Notes: generated from the sequence alone by a model not told the origin. DNA of 64,000 nt from Octopus vulgaris (GCA_951406725.2 OX597826.1:11346001-11410000); one strand, 5' to 3'; shown: positions 27,388 through 40,687, numbered from the stretch's first letter. Made by a program: numbers and translations.

Positions 27388-27644
27388 AAAAAAAAGTCTT
27401 AACAGCATCACAGAGAAGGTGACCCAATCCATAGTGCATAAATCTGTTTATGTTACTTAATTATCTACATTACTTAATGAGTATAGCCTCAACCACTAGG
27501 ATGTCTAGAGAACTCACATGTATTTTAGCTGATGAGTACGGGACACGCTTATATGCTGTAATTTTTGCAACTTTTAATAAAACCTGTCCTTGTATGAAAC
27601 GATTGTACTAAAAACCTATCCATTCTTGTTGCTTCATTCTCGCG
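27388..27644 (+). mobile_element. Penelope-like element 3' end
   Basis: SLNSITEKVTQSIVHKS resembles the PLE terminal LN.R.E....C.HK motif; followed by a hammerhead and (TA)n. Confidence 0.55.
27523..27613 (+). ncRNA. Type I hammerhead ribozyme with canonical core
   Basis: Stem I TTTTAG/CTAAAA, CTGATGA, stem II GTACGGGACA/TGTCCTTGTAT, GAAAC-gatt-GTA. Confidence 0.78.
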
Positions 27645-27761
27645 TATATATATATATATATATATATATATGGTAAATGAAAAACGGAAGATGGAGTATA
27701 CGAAAATTTATTAAACAACGAAAAAAACCCAGAGAAATGTGACATACGGCATAAAGAATAT

Positions 27762-27825
27762 CCCCCTTCTTCAGTTGTCCATGTTTCAACTACTCCGCGT
27801 TCCGAAGGTAAGGACAAGACGCGAC
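27762..27825 (-). ncRNA. Candidate non-circularly permuted hammerhead ribozyme, second copy
   Basis: CGCGT-C-TTGTCC / CCTTC-GGAACGCG / GGACAA-CTGAAGA-A-GGGGG. Confidence 0.65.
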
Positions 27826-27836
27826 TATCCTATATA

Positions 27837-27908
<72 letters not shown>

Positions 27909-27925
27909 CGTGTATATATACATAC

Positions 27926-27978
<53 letters not shown>

Positions 27979-28055
27979 GTAATAGAGCATATGTCGATGT
28001 ATATATGTTTGTGTGTATGTATAATGTGTATGTGTGTATATATAATATTTGTATG

Positions 28056-28105
<50 letters not shown>

Positions 28106-28199
28106 CCTACCTCTCTCTCTCTATGATTCTGAGTGTTGTGATTGAACATAGCGTATGTATATATGTATTTATATACGTGCAGATCTTGGTTTCAATTTC

Positions 28200-29700
28200 T
28201 CGATCCGGTTGCAAATTGTATTTTTCAGCAAAACCCTTCATCTCACGTTGCTCTGCAGTTACTCTCACACCAGATCTTCGGGCAACGTTGGTTTGATGGG
28301 GCGGGTGAGCTAATGTGCGGTACATACATCTTGTCACTATGACCAAATCATTCGTGCATTTTCTTCAGAAAGAAATTGCAGAACCGTCTTTCTCGGACTT
28401 CCTCCTCCTCTCTCCTCTTTGAGAAGCCTAATTCTCAAGATTGGTACTAAGGTATTACATATCCCAGTGCGCCAATAGTTACAGAAATAAATCTGAACTT
28501 GTAATCTGGATAAAGTAACTTCAAATTTCTCAATAACTCAGTGTAGGTATTTTTTTTTTCACTGATCTCCAGCTTTATGTTAACATCCGCTTGGCAGCTG
28601 ATTTCTCCAACTGTACACAGTTTCTCTTTTTCCCAAATAATTTTATCAGGTCTATTGTGTTTACATTTTATTAAGGTTTTCACTGGGCCATTCCACTCCT
28701 TTTTGTTATGTGTGGCTATGGCTTCCACCATACTGTGGGTTCTTATTTCTTTGTTCTCGGAACTACTCTTTCGACGGAACTCGTTATACAGGTAGATAAT
28801 ATCGTGATGACATTTTCAGACAACTGCTTATGATGTGGGTGACATCTTCGGTGTTAACCCCACAATGTCTGCATCGATCGTCACATTTTACTGGTTTTCC
28901 TGCAGCCTTGTCCCTTTTGTGCATCAGGTATTTAGTTGATATTTCCTGTTCCTGGATTGCAAATGCATACTCTTCAAAGTAGGAAGTAATAATCCGGTTG
29001 TTGGTCCCTGACAGACTGCTTTGATGATCAATGTTACTATCATCTCGGAGCTTTCTGCTAACAAATCCATGCATGGTCTTCTGCTCATATACGCTCATCC
29101 TCTCATCTGATGATGTGTTACGGTAGAGTGGCGTGACTTCTTTGGGCATATATTTAAGTTTATCAGACAAGGGATGCTGCTCAAGGAGGTGCCTTCCGAG
29201 TCTTATGATATCAGCCTCATGTATGCAAACTTGGCCGAAGGATGCACTTCGACTCTTGGTAGTTAAAAGATGTTGCGAAAGGGATATGATACGACATTCA
29301 AAGGCAGTTTGGATATATGTTAAGCTTCTGCCGCCTTGCTTTCGTTTTATGTAGGGGCGCTCTATGTCACTGTTGATGTGAAAATTATGAGTGCTTGTTA
29401 GTATCTTCCGCGTTTTCTCATCAATCGCTCGGATCTCAAGAAGTGCCCAATCTAGCAGCCCAAATGTTGATATGAGTACTGGCACAGCAAACACATTGTG
29501 GACCACTGTTTTATCGAATGTAGAGAGTTCCGAGGTCCAAATTTTCATTTCTTTTTTGGCTGCAATAATCTTTAGTGTCACGTGTTTTGTTACAGGTGCA
29601 ATTGTGCGATATGTATGTATTTCTGTATGTTTGTTCTCTTCCTCTTCTTAATTTTGAATAAATTTCAACTGGCCATCTGCTAAGTAACAAGGTTGTGGAG
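28200..29700 (-). mobile_element. R4/Dong-clade non-LTR retrotransposon, decayed 3' half
   Basis: FAIQEQEISTKY, CCHC knuckle CRHC...HIISSC, RLE motifs RPDKII...EISC and VTIGALG; frameshifts. Confidence 0.85.
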
Positions 29701-29994
29701 GAATGCATCTCGTTTTCTCATTCCTTTAAATCTTAAGATCTTGCAAATTTTTATAGTCCCAGCTATTGTGATCATTTGTTGTGTATGAATTAAAGATTTA
29801 CATTCTCTCCTTAATAACCGAAATTCAGCCATGCTTTGCTCCAGTTGCTCCAATAATAACAGAATAAAGCTGAAAGTGTATCGTGGATACAAGATTTGAA
29901 CATTCCTTATCAATGGGCCATAAATGTCCCCTTTCTCTTGTATTTTTTGTAGCCACATTTGTGTCCAGAGGGCAGCTGATAATTAAACCAGCCG

Positions 29995-30170
29995 AATATA
30001 GATGCCATCAATATAGATAACCGAACTTATTTAACCTGGGCTAAAGCATGCAATATTAGCTCTACTTTCTTTATAGATTATACCTTAGCAATTCAGGAAC
30101 AGGAAATGACTACAAAATACCTGACACAAGAAGAGATATCAATACAGGTAAAAAACAATCTAGATGTCTC
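29995..30170 (+). mobile_element. R4/Dong-like fragment in opposite orientation
   Basis: Translates [15 protein letters not shown]. Confidence 0.6.
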
Positions 30171-30274
30171 AGCAGTCTTCTTTTTCTGTTTAATTCTTTC
30201 AGTCTATAGACTGCGGCCATAATGGACCTGCGCCCTGAAGCATTTTGGACGAAGGGGTCGACACAAAGACACAC

Positions 30275-30730
<456 letters not shown>

Positions 30731-31389
30731 TGTGAAAAATTATAACATATAATGATGACGTGTTGTTTGTCTCTAAATTATATGTTAAAGGTATGGCGCG
30801 GTTGCTGATGTGAATTTCGCCTAGCAAATTATTTTATTTGCTAAAAAATATCGAACCCTAGGTATAACCGTTAAAAAATAACAAGGTAAATGTTTTTATT
30901 TTTCAATCCCTTCGAAATTGGTCTTAAACGTGGTTTTGGTCATTTTGACTGCTTCTTCTAGCGTGTAAAATTACCTGTTAAAGGTAGTTTCTCTTGTGTT
31001 TAAATGTACACTATTTTATATATATTCATAACGCGCAATTGTCATCATGTTCACTTTATGTAGTAAGATGTGATAAGCAAAACGACGTTGTACAAATCAA
31101 TTTGTGAAATTTGAGAAAAGGGTAATAAGTAGGCAACAACATTTTATGATCTCTCTTGTTACACATGGGGACTCCATGTGTTACATATGAGAATGAGAAA
31201 AATCCTGCCGGCGTCGATAATATAATGTAGTGGTAGTGATATAGTAAACTGTGCATCTCCATTCAAATATTTATCCTTGTACCTATGTGAGAAAATATTT
31301 TTGAATAATTTCTCCATTTATTTGAGAAATACTATATCATCTGTTGGAATGCTGCGTCTTTTGCTGGTGGGTACATGATAACAACATCT

Positions 31390-32320
31390 GGCCAGTATAT
31401 ATTCAATCAAACAGTCTCTTGGAATCGGAAATAGAGGTCAATAGATCTCTTATATTTTTATTCCGTCTAAAGGCTACAATAAGCGGCTGAAGAAATATCT
31501 GTTTGAAACGAGGATACTTTCCCCGCAACATGCTGGTAACTTTCGCACAGCGCTTTTGAAATACCAGCGAAATTTCGTTGCCAGTTAATTACTGAAGGAA
31601 TTCTGTTACATGTTCCATTGTCTTTGCTAAAATTATGCGTGAAGGTTTGACTTCCTTTGCTAATCTTAGCTAACTCATTTGCTATTTCCTTTAATTGGAA
31701 TTCACTGTAACCGCGTTTGACATAATGGTGTACAAAAGCCTTTGCATGTTTGCAGTAATTCCCTATATCAGTACAAATCCATTTTATCCTAAAAAATTGG
31801 GATTTCAGATTTGATCGAATTATAGGATGTGGATGATCGGAGCGGCGGTGGAGGCTAATGCGGGATGACGTGGGCTTACAAAATAACTCTGTTAGTATTC
31901 TGCCTCCAGAAAACTTAACTTTTGTGTCCAAAAATTCAACGCTATTTTATGAAAAACTCGACGTAAATTTTATGTTGGACTTAAAGCCATAGTTTTTAGC
32001 ATAGCAGTCCCAGAAATGCAGGAAGTCAATTAAACTATCCTGCGATCCTTCCCAGACAAAAAAGATGTTATCAATGAACCGTAACTAGAGTATTGGTTTA
32101 TGACCATGAAGGGATTTGAATGTCTTCAGTAACTGTGTCTCGAATTTCGTCATGAAGACATTAGCGAAATTAACTGCCATAGGGGTACCCATGGCGCAAC
32201 CCCTCGTCTGGCGGTAAAACTTTTGTCCAAATTTCCTTGTGTTATTTTGTAGCACAAACCTCAATAACCGACAGAGAAAACTTGGTGGAAAACCAATTTC
32301 GAAGGAATCTATGCATGCTT
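31390..32320 (-). mobile_element. Penelope-like element, RT core and thumb (pseudogene)
   Basis: YRQTRGCAMGTPMAVNFANVFM, RFIDNIF, FLDT, ELFCKPT...SDHP...SQFFRI...KRGY. Confidence 0.9.
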
Positions 32321-33720
32321 CTACCCCTTCATTGTGGTTAATATTGGGATATAAAAAAGAAACATTAGGGAAACCTTAAAACAAGTAGAAAGAAGTCTTG
32401 GAATAGCCTCAAAAATATCCAAAGTTAAGCACTCAGACGTCAAGCTGGTAAAACTAGCGGATAAAAGAGGCGCTATCGTAATTAGGGTCAAAAGTGAGTA
32501 TATTTCGGCTTGTGAAGAAGTTTTAAGAAACAAAATTTCATATGAAGAATTACCTGTCGATCCAAACCCCAATTACAGAAAGGAACTTGACAAAATAATT
32601 CTGGAAATGGGTGCAAACAATTTCATGAATAAGGTCGAATTCAAGATTTTTCGCTCAGAAAGAACACCTGTATTTTGCGGTCTCCTTAAAATACACAAAA
32701 AGTTCGAAAGATTTCCTCCAATGCGCCCAATTTGTAGCGGATAAGAATGTTGTACAGTCAAGATTTCGGAATGGCTGGATGGCCAAACTTTCACGCATAA
32801 TTTTTGCAAACACAATGCAACATGTAACAGAATTCCTTTAGTGATTAACTGGCACCGAAATTTCGTTGGTATTTCAAAAGTGTTGCATGAAAGTTACCAG
32901 CATGTTGCGGGAAAGTATTCCCGTTTCAAACAGATATTTCCTCGGTTGCCTATTGTAGCCTTTAGACGGAATAAAAATATAAGAGATCCATTGACCTCTA
33001 TTTCTGACTCCAAGAAAACTAACATTGGAGTATCTCTGCACACTGTCCCTTGAAAAACAGCCACAAGAGATGTAAGCCCTGTTCATTGTGCAACAACATG
33101 AGTCAAGTGGATTCCATCAGGAATCATAACAGAAATATTATGATTGATACATTAGGTGGGACATATAGAGATTCCTATTTGGTGTACGCGACAGAATGCA
33201 TGAAACAACTTGATTTATGTTGGCTGTACAACAGAATAATTAAACAAAGATTTAATCGGCACAGATTCGACGTCAGGCACAATAAGAGTAGCTCGCCAGA
33301 ACTTGCCGAACATTTTGTTTCAAACGGCTGCAATTTTGAAAAAGACTTGAAAGTGCATATTCTCAGAAAATACTCAGAATCTGCTACACTTTCAATACTC
33401 AAAATGCATGAGGAGAAATATGTTTTCAGGTTATTAACATCACGCTCTGGATGAATGAAAATGACAGGAGAATGTCATGAAATTTACGCAAAACTGTTCG
33501 ATTGAATTTTCCTTTCCTTTTTTTATTTTCTTCTCTTTTTTCTCACTTCTTTTTTGTTTTTATCTCTTTGCCTGTTATTGAAGTATGGACGCTGGTTGTT
33601 CGCGTTCATACTTTAGATTTGAATTTGTATAATTTTGAATTTTTATCACTTTGAACTCGACAAAGACAGGCTTGCTATTGAAATACATTTGGTTTTGCAC
33701 ATAGTATTGTTCTATAGAAT
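32321..33720 (+). mobile_element. Penelope-like element, RT N-terminus joined to linker and GIY-YIG endonuclease (pseudogene)
   Basis: LADKRG, PVFCGLLKIHK...PMRPICS, then CKPCSLC, LVYATEC, QRFNRH, ELAEHF. Confidence 0.88.
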
Positions 33721-33763
33721 ATTTAAGAAAGCATAAGAAAATTATAAGTTTTAAAATTTAAGA

Positions 33764-34728
33764 TTACATAGACAGTATTTTATGTAGGATATGGGCAGTT
33801 CCTATGAGCACTATCTTTTGCATTTCTGCCTTTTTGGGGTTTCCTGGTATCTGAGCTAGGTAGCAATCAGCCCCTTTTGCTATCATTCCTAGGGCACCTA
33901 CGACAACAGGTATTGTTTTAGTCTTGAGGTTCCACATTTTGCCAAATTCTATATCATGATCTTTATACTTGCTCAGTTTTTGGTAGGTCTTGACAGATAC
34001 ATTTATGTCGATTGCGACAGTCATATCAACGAGAAGTCTTTCAGTATAATGTTTGGCCTATTCGTATCTATCTTTCTGTCAGTTTGAATGGAGAAGTTTC
34101 CAGAAGAGTGAGATGTGATCATTTTCAAGCATTGGAGGTGGTTTGTGTTCTCAACAGTTTTAATCAAGGAACAGGTTCAGGTTTTTGGAAATTACCCACT
34201 GAATATATTGTGCTGCTCTATCATGTCTGTTGAGATACTCTGTAGGCGCAAGAAGACTGCACTTGGATACAACATGATCAATGGTTTCATTTTGTTGTTG
34301 ACATACACGACATGTTGGGCTACTGCCGTTCTTTAATATGTTGGCCTGGTAGTTCCTTGTAGGTAGGCATTGATTTTGGGCTGCTATGATAAACCCTTCT
34401 GTTTCTGATTTTAAACCAGAAGACATTAGCCATTGATGGGTAAGGGCTTTGTCAACATCGGCACTATTAGCTCTCTGAGGGTATTTGCCAGCGAGAGGTT
34501 TTTGTTGCCATTTATCAGTAAGAATATCTAAGGCAGCAGTTTTAGCAAAAGCTTTCATGCGCTTAGCTATTTCTGCGTACGTCTAATTCTGGAATTTGTT
34601 GTATTTGGAATTCACTTAGATATTCCTTTGTCAGTTTTGTTATTGAGTATGATGCTTTCTTGTTTTCATGCTTTGAGACTAATTTTAACATCCAGTCATC
34701 AGAGTTTTTGAGGCAGGTGTCTAGGCCA
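33764..34728 (-). mobile_element. R4/Dong-clade LINE C-terminal region
   Basis: ETEGFIIAAQNQCLPTRNY, CRVC...ETIDHVVSKC, YLNRHD, KLSKY, IPVVVGALG. Confidence 0.9.
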
Positions 34729-34772
<44 letters not shown>

Positions 34773-34807
34773 TGCAGCTGCGGCTGCTGCTGCTGCTGCT
34801 GCTGCTG

Positions 34808-34876
<69 letters not shown>

Positions 34877-34890
34877 TCATTATTATTATT
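34729..34890. repeat. Compound (ATT)n(GCT)n(ACT)n microsatellite
   Basis: Seen directly. Confidence 0.95.
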
Positions 34891-35440
34891 GAGTGAGAGA
34901 GCAGCAGATGCCGTCAAAGGGACACTGGGGTACAATTATACAAAGCCCAATATAATCATCATAACTACACGTCTGATAAGAGTACACCAAGCACATGCAT
35001 CACAGCCACATGTGCGCGACATGGTGATCTTATATCAAGATAAACAGCGCAAGACTTTGCAAGTGGGACCCTGTTAGAATTTTCAAGTTGAGTAGCCCAT
35101 CCCGCTCAAAAGGTCCCTGAATAAGGGTTGTTTAAGGATGATGAAAGAAGCACCCATGTTTCCAGAAGTGAATTATTCAAACCCCAAAGAATTCCTCTCA
35201 GCTCATGGCTATGATGCACCCCACTACTTCTGCTCGTGATCAGAGATGCACATATCATCAGCCACTAAGGGACATGCTCAACTGGTTAAGATCAAACAAC
35301 TGACAAGCAAATCTGTGGTACTGAGCAGAATATTTACTGTAGCCCATCTTTTTCACCAAGACAAAACATGTACATGATAACACTTCCAATCAGTTAAGAT
35401 CAGAGGCCATGAGAGCCAAAGTCTGATATTGCATCAGACA
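34891..35440 (-). mobile_element. Unclassified non-coding repeat family E with (AAT)n tail
   Basis: Second partial copy at 16290-16460; ends CTCTCTCACTC(AAT)n. Confidence 0.65.
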
Positions 35441-35459
35441 TTATCAATCAGTATTCCAA

Positions 35460-37610
35460 TTTTTTATACTTTTACGATTTTCTCCATATTATCTGCCACT
35501 CCAAACATGCTAATTGTTTTACATATCCGACTGTGCGGTACCATGCCATCTGCTTTTCTATAATCTAACCATGCTACATTCAATCCCATCAATCTGCACC
35601 TACAATTTCTAATAACTATTTTATCAACTAATAAGTGGTATTTTGTTGCCCTGCTTTGCTTCCTGTATCCTTTCGGTCCTACTGGAAGTTGATTGTCACT
35701 TTTTAGATGATTATATAACTTTTCTGTGAAGACACTGGTCATAAGCTTTCACAAAAGTGGCAAACTGGTTATAGGTAAAACCTTTGATACTAATTCATTT
35801 CTCAAGGAGTCCTTGAGACATAACAGCGTTCGTCCACTTGCCATCAAGGTGGATACGTGACCCTGCTGCAGGCATTCATCCAGGTGCAGAGCGATCCTTT
35901 CATGCAATTGTGTAAAATTCTTCAGCCAGTTACCTTGTACTCTATTCGGGTCAAGTCATTTCTAAATTGCTATATTTTAAAAAATTTCTGTCTGTGTTTA
36001 TACTCCTTTTGTGCACTCACTCGAAATGTGATTGATGCATTTGTCTTATTTCTTGCAGATTCTACAATTGCTGCCTGATTGAGTTTCGTTGACCTTTGTC
36101 TTCATTAGATTTATTCTAAGGACTCGTTCCTGAACGGCTATAATTAGCGTTTCTGTCATTCGTTTCAAGTTGCCGTCTGTCAACCAGAGTCAGCAATCTT
36201 TACTTCCAAAATTCTTGGTTGTCGCATAAATTGGCCATGTAGTTCCATTTCTTTCCATTTGCTAGTTCTGCTGTTCTCCCTATTCTCTTTGAATTTTCCA
36301 ACTGCTTCGGTTGCTCTTTGAGAATCTCTGGCAGCAGGTAGTATTCTTTCTTTACTCTGCACAACAGTTGTTCGGTTCCTGTATCACAGTATCGACAATG
36401 CCTTCTGCGTTTAGTAATCCTCTTACACCTTCCTTTTTGGTAGGTAGAGTCGGTCGGTATTGCTTCTGGAGTGGCGTGTGGTGTACATTGTGAGCAGCTT
36501 TCTAGTTCTTCTATCCGAGATTTGTAGCTCAGACTCTCTCCATTTCAGAAATGGAGAAAGGCCGAGCTTCAGAACTCGGCCTTTCTTCGAGTACTTTTAT
36601 ACAGACATGGTCCATGTTTTTATGATTTGAATGAAGTTCCCGTAATTTAATATTATTTCGAGCACCCTCCTAATTCTCTTCTTGTACTCATAAGTTATTT
36701 TCTCTCTCAGTTCTCCTCCCATTATTCTATTGCAAGCAGTCCTACATATTTGTACCCTCATTATTCCACAGCGAACAAAAGATGCTGTCTCATGGTAATT
36801 TCATGTCATCAGAGTTTACCTTCCGGCCTCTCTTCATAATTAGTACTACGCATCTATTTGCCCCAAATTGCATTTCAGTATTTATACTGAATACTCTCAC
36901 TGTTTGGATTAAAGTGTCATGGTCTGTCTAATTTTTTGTATACAGCTTCGGGTCATCCATATAAAGTAAGTGATTTATCCTCATCTTGGTTTTGGTAAAC
37001 TAATAGGTTGAGCTTCCTCAGAATACTTGTGAGAGAGATATGAAGCGCAATGACAACGAGTAACGAACAGAGCGAGATCCCTTGGAATATATCTCTGCAT
37101 ATTTTCACATCACTTAGCGATTCCTTTGCGTCTGTCAGCTCTAATTCCCACTTTCTCATTCCAAACATCTTCAAGCGTCTTCAGACACGCCAAGAGCCAG
37201 CTTTGCGGGAGCTTTACTACGGTCTATCCATCCAACAGCTAAATTCTTCTTTCTTACCCGCCTTTCATTTAATATTCTTCTATGTATATATATAGTAGAT
37301 AAGCAGTTTCCCTTGATTTTTTCTTACAACTTTTTGTTTCTTTGGCAATAAACTTTACTTTCTGCAGAAAATTATGTACTTCATCTGCTATAAGACCAGT
37401 TAATAGTTTCTAGAGTAATGGTAAGTAAGTAATAGGTCTATAATTGCTGCCTTACCATTTCTTTCTTTTGTCCTTCAATATCAGTACTGTCTTTCCGTTT
37501 TGTCATTGATGTTGGTGTTCCATTTTCCATGCAGTCAGAAAAATTGGTAGTATATAAATCACTATACTTGGGAGATTCTTGAGCCAAAAACCCTGGACAC
37601 CATTTATTCT
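35460..37610 (-). mobile_element. R4/Dong-clade LINE RT fragments, at least two pieces
   Basis: LLVDK...VAWLDYRKA.GMVPHS; CRDIFQGISL; HLLYMDD; LHGQF; the RT start occurs twice. Confidence 0.85.
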
Positions 37611-37673
37611 GGAGGCCACGCAGTAGGACTGAACCCCGGAACCACTACTTACCATACAGCCACTCCTGCGCCT

Positions 37674-38441
37674 GAGGTGGTATCAAAACGTTCCCGGACT
37701 ACTTCTGTAGCGCGCCAATACATGACAACACAGTTGCGTGCGAAGCGACGGATAGCAGTGACCTTTATGAGGCAATGTGCCGAGTGACATCGCTGTGTTT
37801 CGTTCGCAAGTTGTAAAAATTTGTGTTTTAATCATCCCGTGTATGCTGTAGTCTGCGATTTTATCATGGATAGGAAGTTGGAACAAAGTGCCAACGTGAA
37901 ATTTGCGTTAAACTTGGGAAGTCTGCTACGGACGAGAGTTGGATCTACGGGTAAGATCCTGAGGCAAGGGAGCAGTAGTCACAATAGAAGATCCTTTCAT
38001 TTCTACGATCGAAGAAGGCACGACAGAGCCGTAACTCAATCAATAGCATGCTCATCGTTTTTCTTTTCGACATCCGCAGTATTGTGCATCGAGAATTTGA
38101 ACCCCTTGGCCAGACCGTCAATCGGGAGTCCAACTACGGCCTTTTTGAAGTGTTTGAGGGAGGATATTCGGCGAAAGCGATTGGATCTGTGGAGTGCGAA
38201 GACTTGGATTCTCCACGACGACAATACACCTTCTCACCGAGTTCTCCTCACTCGTGAGCTTTTCACCAAAAACATGGTATCGCTTCTATACCCGCCCTAT
38301 TCAACAGATTTAAGAACTGCGGAGTTCCATCTCTTCCCCAAGATGAAAATGCAGCTCAAAGGTAGCCATTTTAACACCGTTGTCAAGATCCAGAGCGAAT
38401 CGCAGAAGATCCACTACTCGCTTACGGAAAACTACTTTTAA
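37674..38441 (+). mobile_element. Mariner transposon, deleted copy with 5' TIR
   Basis: TIR GAGGTGGTATCAAAACGTTCC; LEQSANVKF, ILHDDNTPSH, YPPYSTDL...HLFPKMK. Confidence 0.88.
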
Positions 38442-38553
38442 GTCATAGTTTAATTTCTCAGTTTTAACACCGTTGTCAAGATCCAGAGCGAATCGCAGAA
38501 GATCCACTACTCGCTTACGGAAAACTACTTTTAAGTCATAGTTTAATTTCTCA
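38369..38553. repeat. Tandem duplication, about 93 bp x2
   Basis: 38369-38460 is nearly identical to 38462-38553. Confidence 0.92.
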
Positions 38554-38746
38554 TTATATAATTTCTCATCGCGGAATTTCCATCTTGGAAACGGTCGATT
38601 GATTTTGCAGAGAGCAATCTAGTTCGGTGTCCTTGAATCCAAGGACCACAAGACGCTTTTACGGCAGTTCATGCCTGCAATAATGTGGAAACTATAACCA
38701 ATAGTGATGCCACTGAAGTCGACTCAATCGGCTTTGACCGCCCTCC

Positions 38747-39171
38747 CTTCTTCTTCTTCTTCTGCTTCTTCTTCTTCTTCTTCTTCTTCTTCTTCTTCTT
38801 CTTCTTCTTCTTCTTCTTCTTCTTCTTCTTCTTCTTCTTCTTCTTCTTCTTCTTCTTCTTCTTTCAATTCTTCTTCTTCTTCTTCTTCTTCTTCTTCTTC
38901 TTCTTCTCTCTTCTTCTTCTTCTTCTTCTTCTTCTTCTTCTTCTTCTTCTTCTTCTTCTTCTTCTTCTTCTTCTTCTTCTCCTTCCAATTCTTCTTCTTC
39001 TTCTTCTTCTTCTTCTTCTTCTTCTTCTTCTTCTTCTTCTTCTTCTTCTTTCTTCTTCTTCTTCTTCTTCTTCTTCTTCTTCTTCTTCTTCTTCTTCTTC
39101 TTCTTCTTCTTCTTCTTCTTCTTCTTCTTCTTCTTCTTCTTCTTCTTCTTCTTCTTCTTCTTCTTCTTCTT
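38747..39171. repeat. (TTC)n, about 425 bp
   Basis: Seen directly. Confidence 0.97.
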
Positions 39172-39649
39172 GAGGTGCTATATCATGGAAACAAAACAAA
39201 ACAGAACGAAGAAACAAATCATTATTCTCGCACAGCTGTCCAATTCCGCTGCCAAAATATGTTTTAATAGTTGCAATAGGTTGAGTCAAAGAGAAAACTG
39301 CATGAGAGGAATAAGTTACAAGAAAAGAGGGGGAAAAAATGACAAGAAAAGGAAAAACAATGAAGAGACCTCTACTGGATTCCAAGAAAGGCAGGAAAAA
39401 ATGGCAAAAAAAAAAAGGGGCAGAGAATATAAGAGCAATTATCAGGCGTGAGATTCAATATTGCAGAGGTTTTTATATTGGAAGGGTTCGGAGGCTGTGT
39501 TAGGAGAGCGTAGTGGCTAAAAAAGGGGAGATGGGTGAGAAAATGCATAAAATAATTATGGATGTCGAGGAAAGAATAAAAGGAGAGACGGGGGGGGGGA
39601 AAGATATGGGGGTAATATGAGTGCATTGCATGGTTGTGTGTGCGAATGT

Positions 39650-39755
39650 GTGTGTGTATATATATGTATATATACATACATACATATATATATATATATA
39701 CATACATCTATATATACATATATACATATATATATATATACATGCATTTAAGTAC

Positions 39756-39794
<39 letters not shown>

Positions 39795-39878
39795 TATATA
39801 TATATATATATATATATATGGACTTAAATGCATGTATATATATATATGTATATATGTATATATAGATGTATGTATATA

Positions 39879-39914
<36 letters not shown>

Positions 39915-39976
39915 TGTATGTATATAGATGTATGTGTATATATATATATATATACGTATATATATAGATGTATGTG

Positions 39977-40010
<34 letters not shown>

Positions 40011-40120
40011 TATTTACATACGTACATAATTACAATATATAAGTACATAAATGTATATGTATATGCATGTATACATATCTATATACGTTATATTTATATA
40101 TATATATATATATATACATG
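39650..40120. repeat. Complex (TA)n/(TATG)n with internal duplication
   Basis: Seen directly. Confidence 0.9.
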
Positions 40121-40538
40121 ACCATATCTATATACTATATAAACACACACACACGCACACATAAATAGACCGACACACATATCGAAATATACACACGTAT
40201 GTGTGTATGTATATATATATATATGTGTGTGTGTGGGTGTGTGTGCGTGTGTGTGTGCACGTATGTTTGAGTGTTTGTATCGGGTGGTTGTAGAAGGATG
40301 ACACCAGAATGTATGAATGAGATATTGGATACAGAGAGAATAAGATATTGGATGAAGAAAGGTAGGGCGAGAGGCAGAGAGCAACCACAGTAACAGAATA
40401 ATGTTAATATGGATAAGAATACGAAGAGGAGAGCAAAGGAGAGGCCTGGTAAGGAGATTGGCTGAAGAAGAGGAAGAAAGAGAATAAACGCTATTAAAGG
40501 ATATTAATCGGTGAAGATATAGGTATAGGTATGGATAT

Positions 40539-40687
40539 GTGGCTATGTGGTGAAGAAGCTTGCTTCCCAACCACATGAGCGTGGGTTCAGTCCCACGGCA
40601 TGGTACATTGGGTGTCTGTTTTCTTCTATAGCCAACCAAACACTTGTGGGTGGGTTTGGTAGACGGAAACGGAAAGAAGCCCGTCGT
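40539..40687 (+). mobile_element. SINE family A, 5' half
   Basis: Family A match. Confidence 0.78.

Noticed and set aside
33655-33710. Hammerhead at the Penelope 3' end
   Set aside because: Position is suggestive, but the core and stems are too degenerate to support.
34891-35440. snRNA, 5S or 7SL derivation of family E
   Set aside because: No match to the U2, U6 or 5S sequences as I recall them; not searched computationally.
38685-39385. Poly-F/L/S/E/R ORFs
   Set aside because: Translations of (TTC)n.
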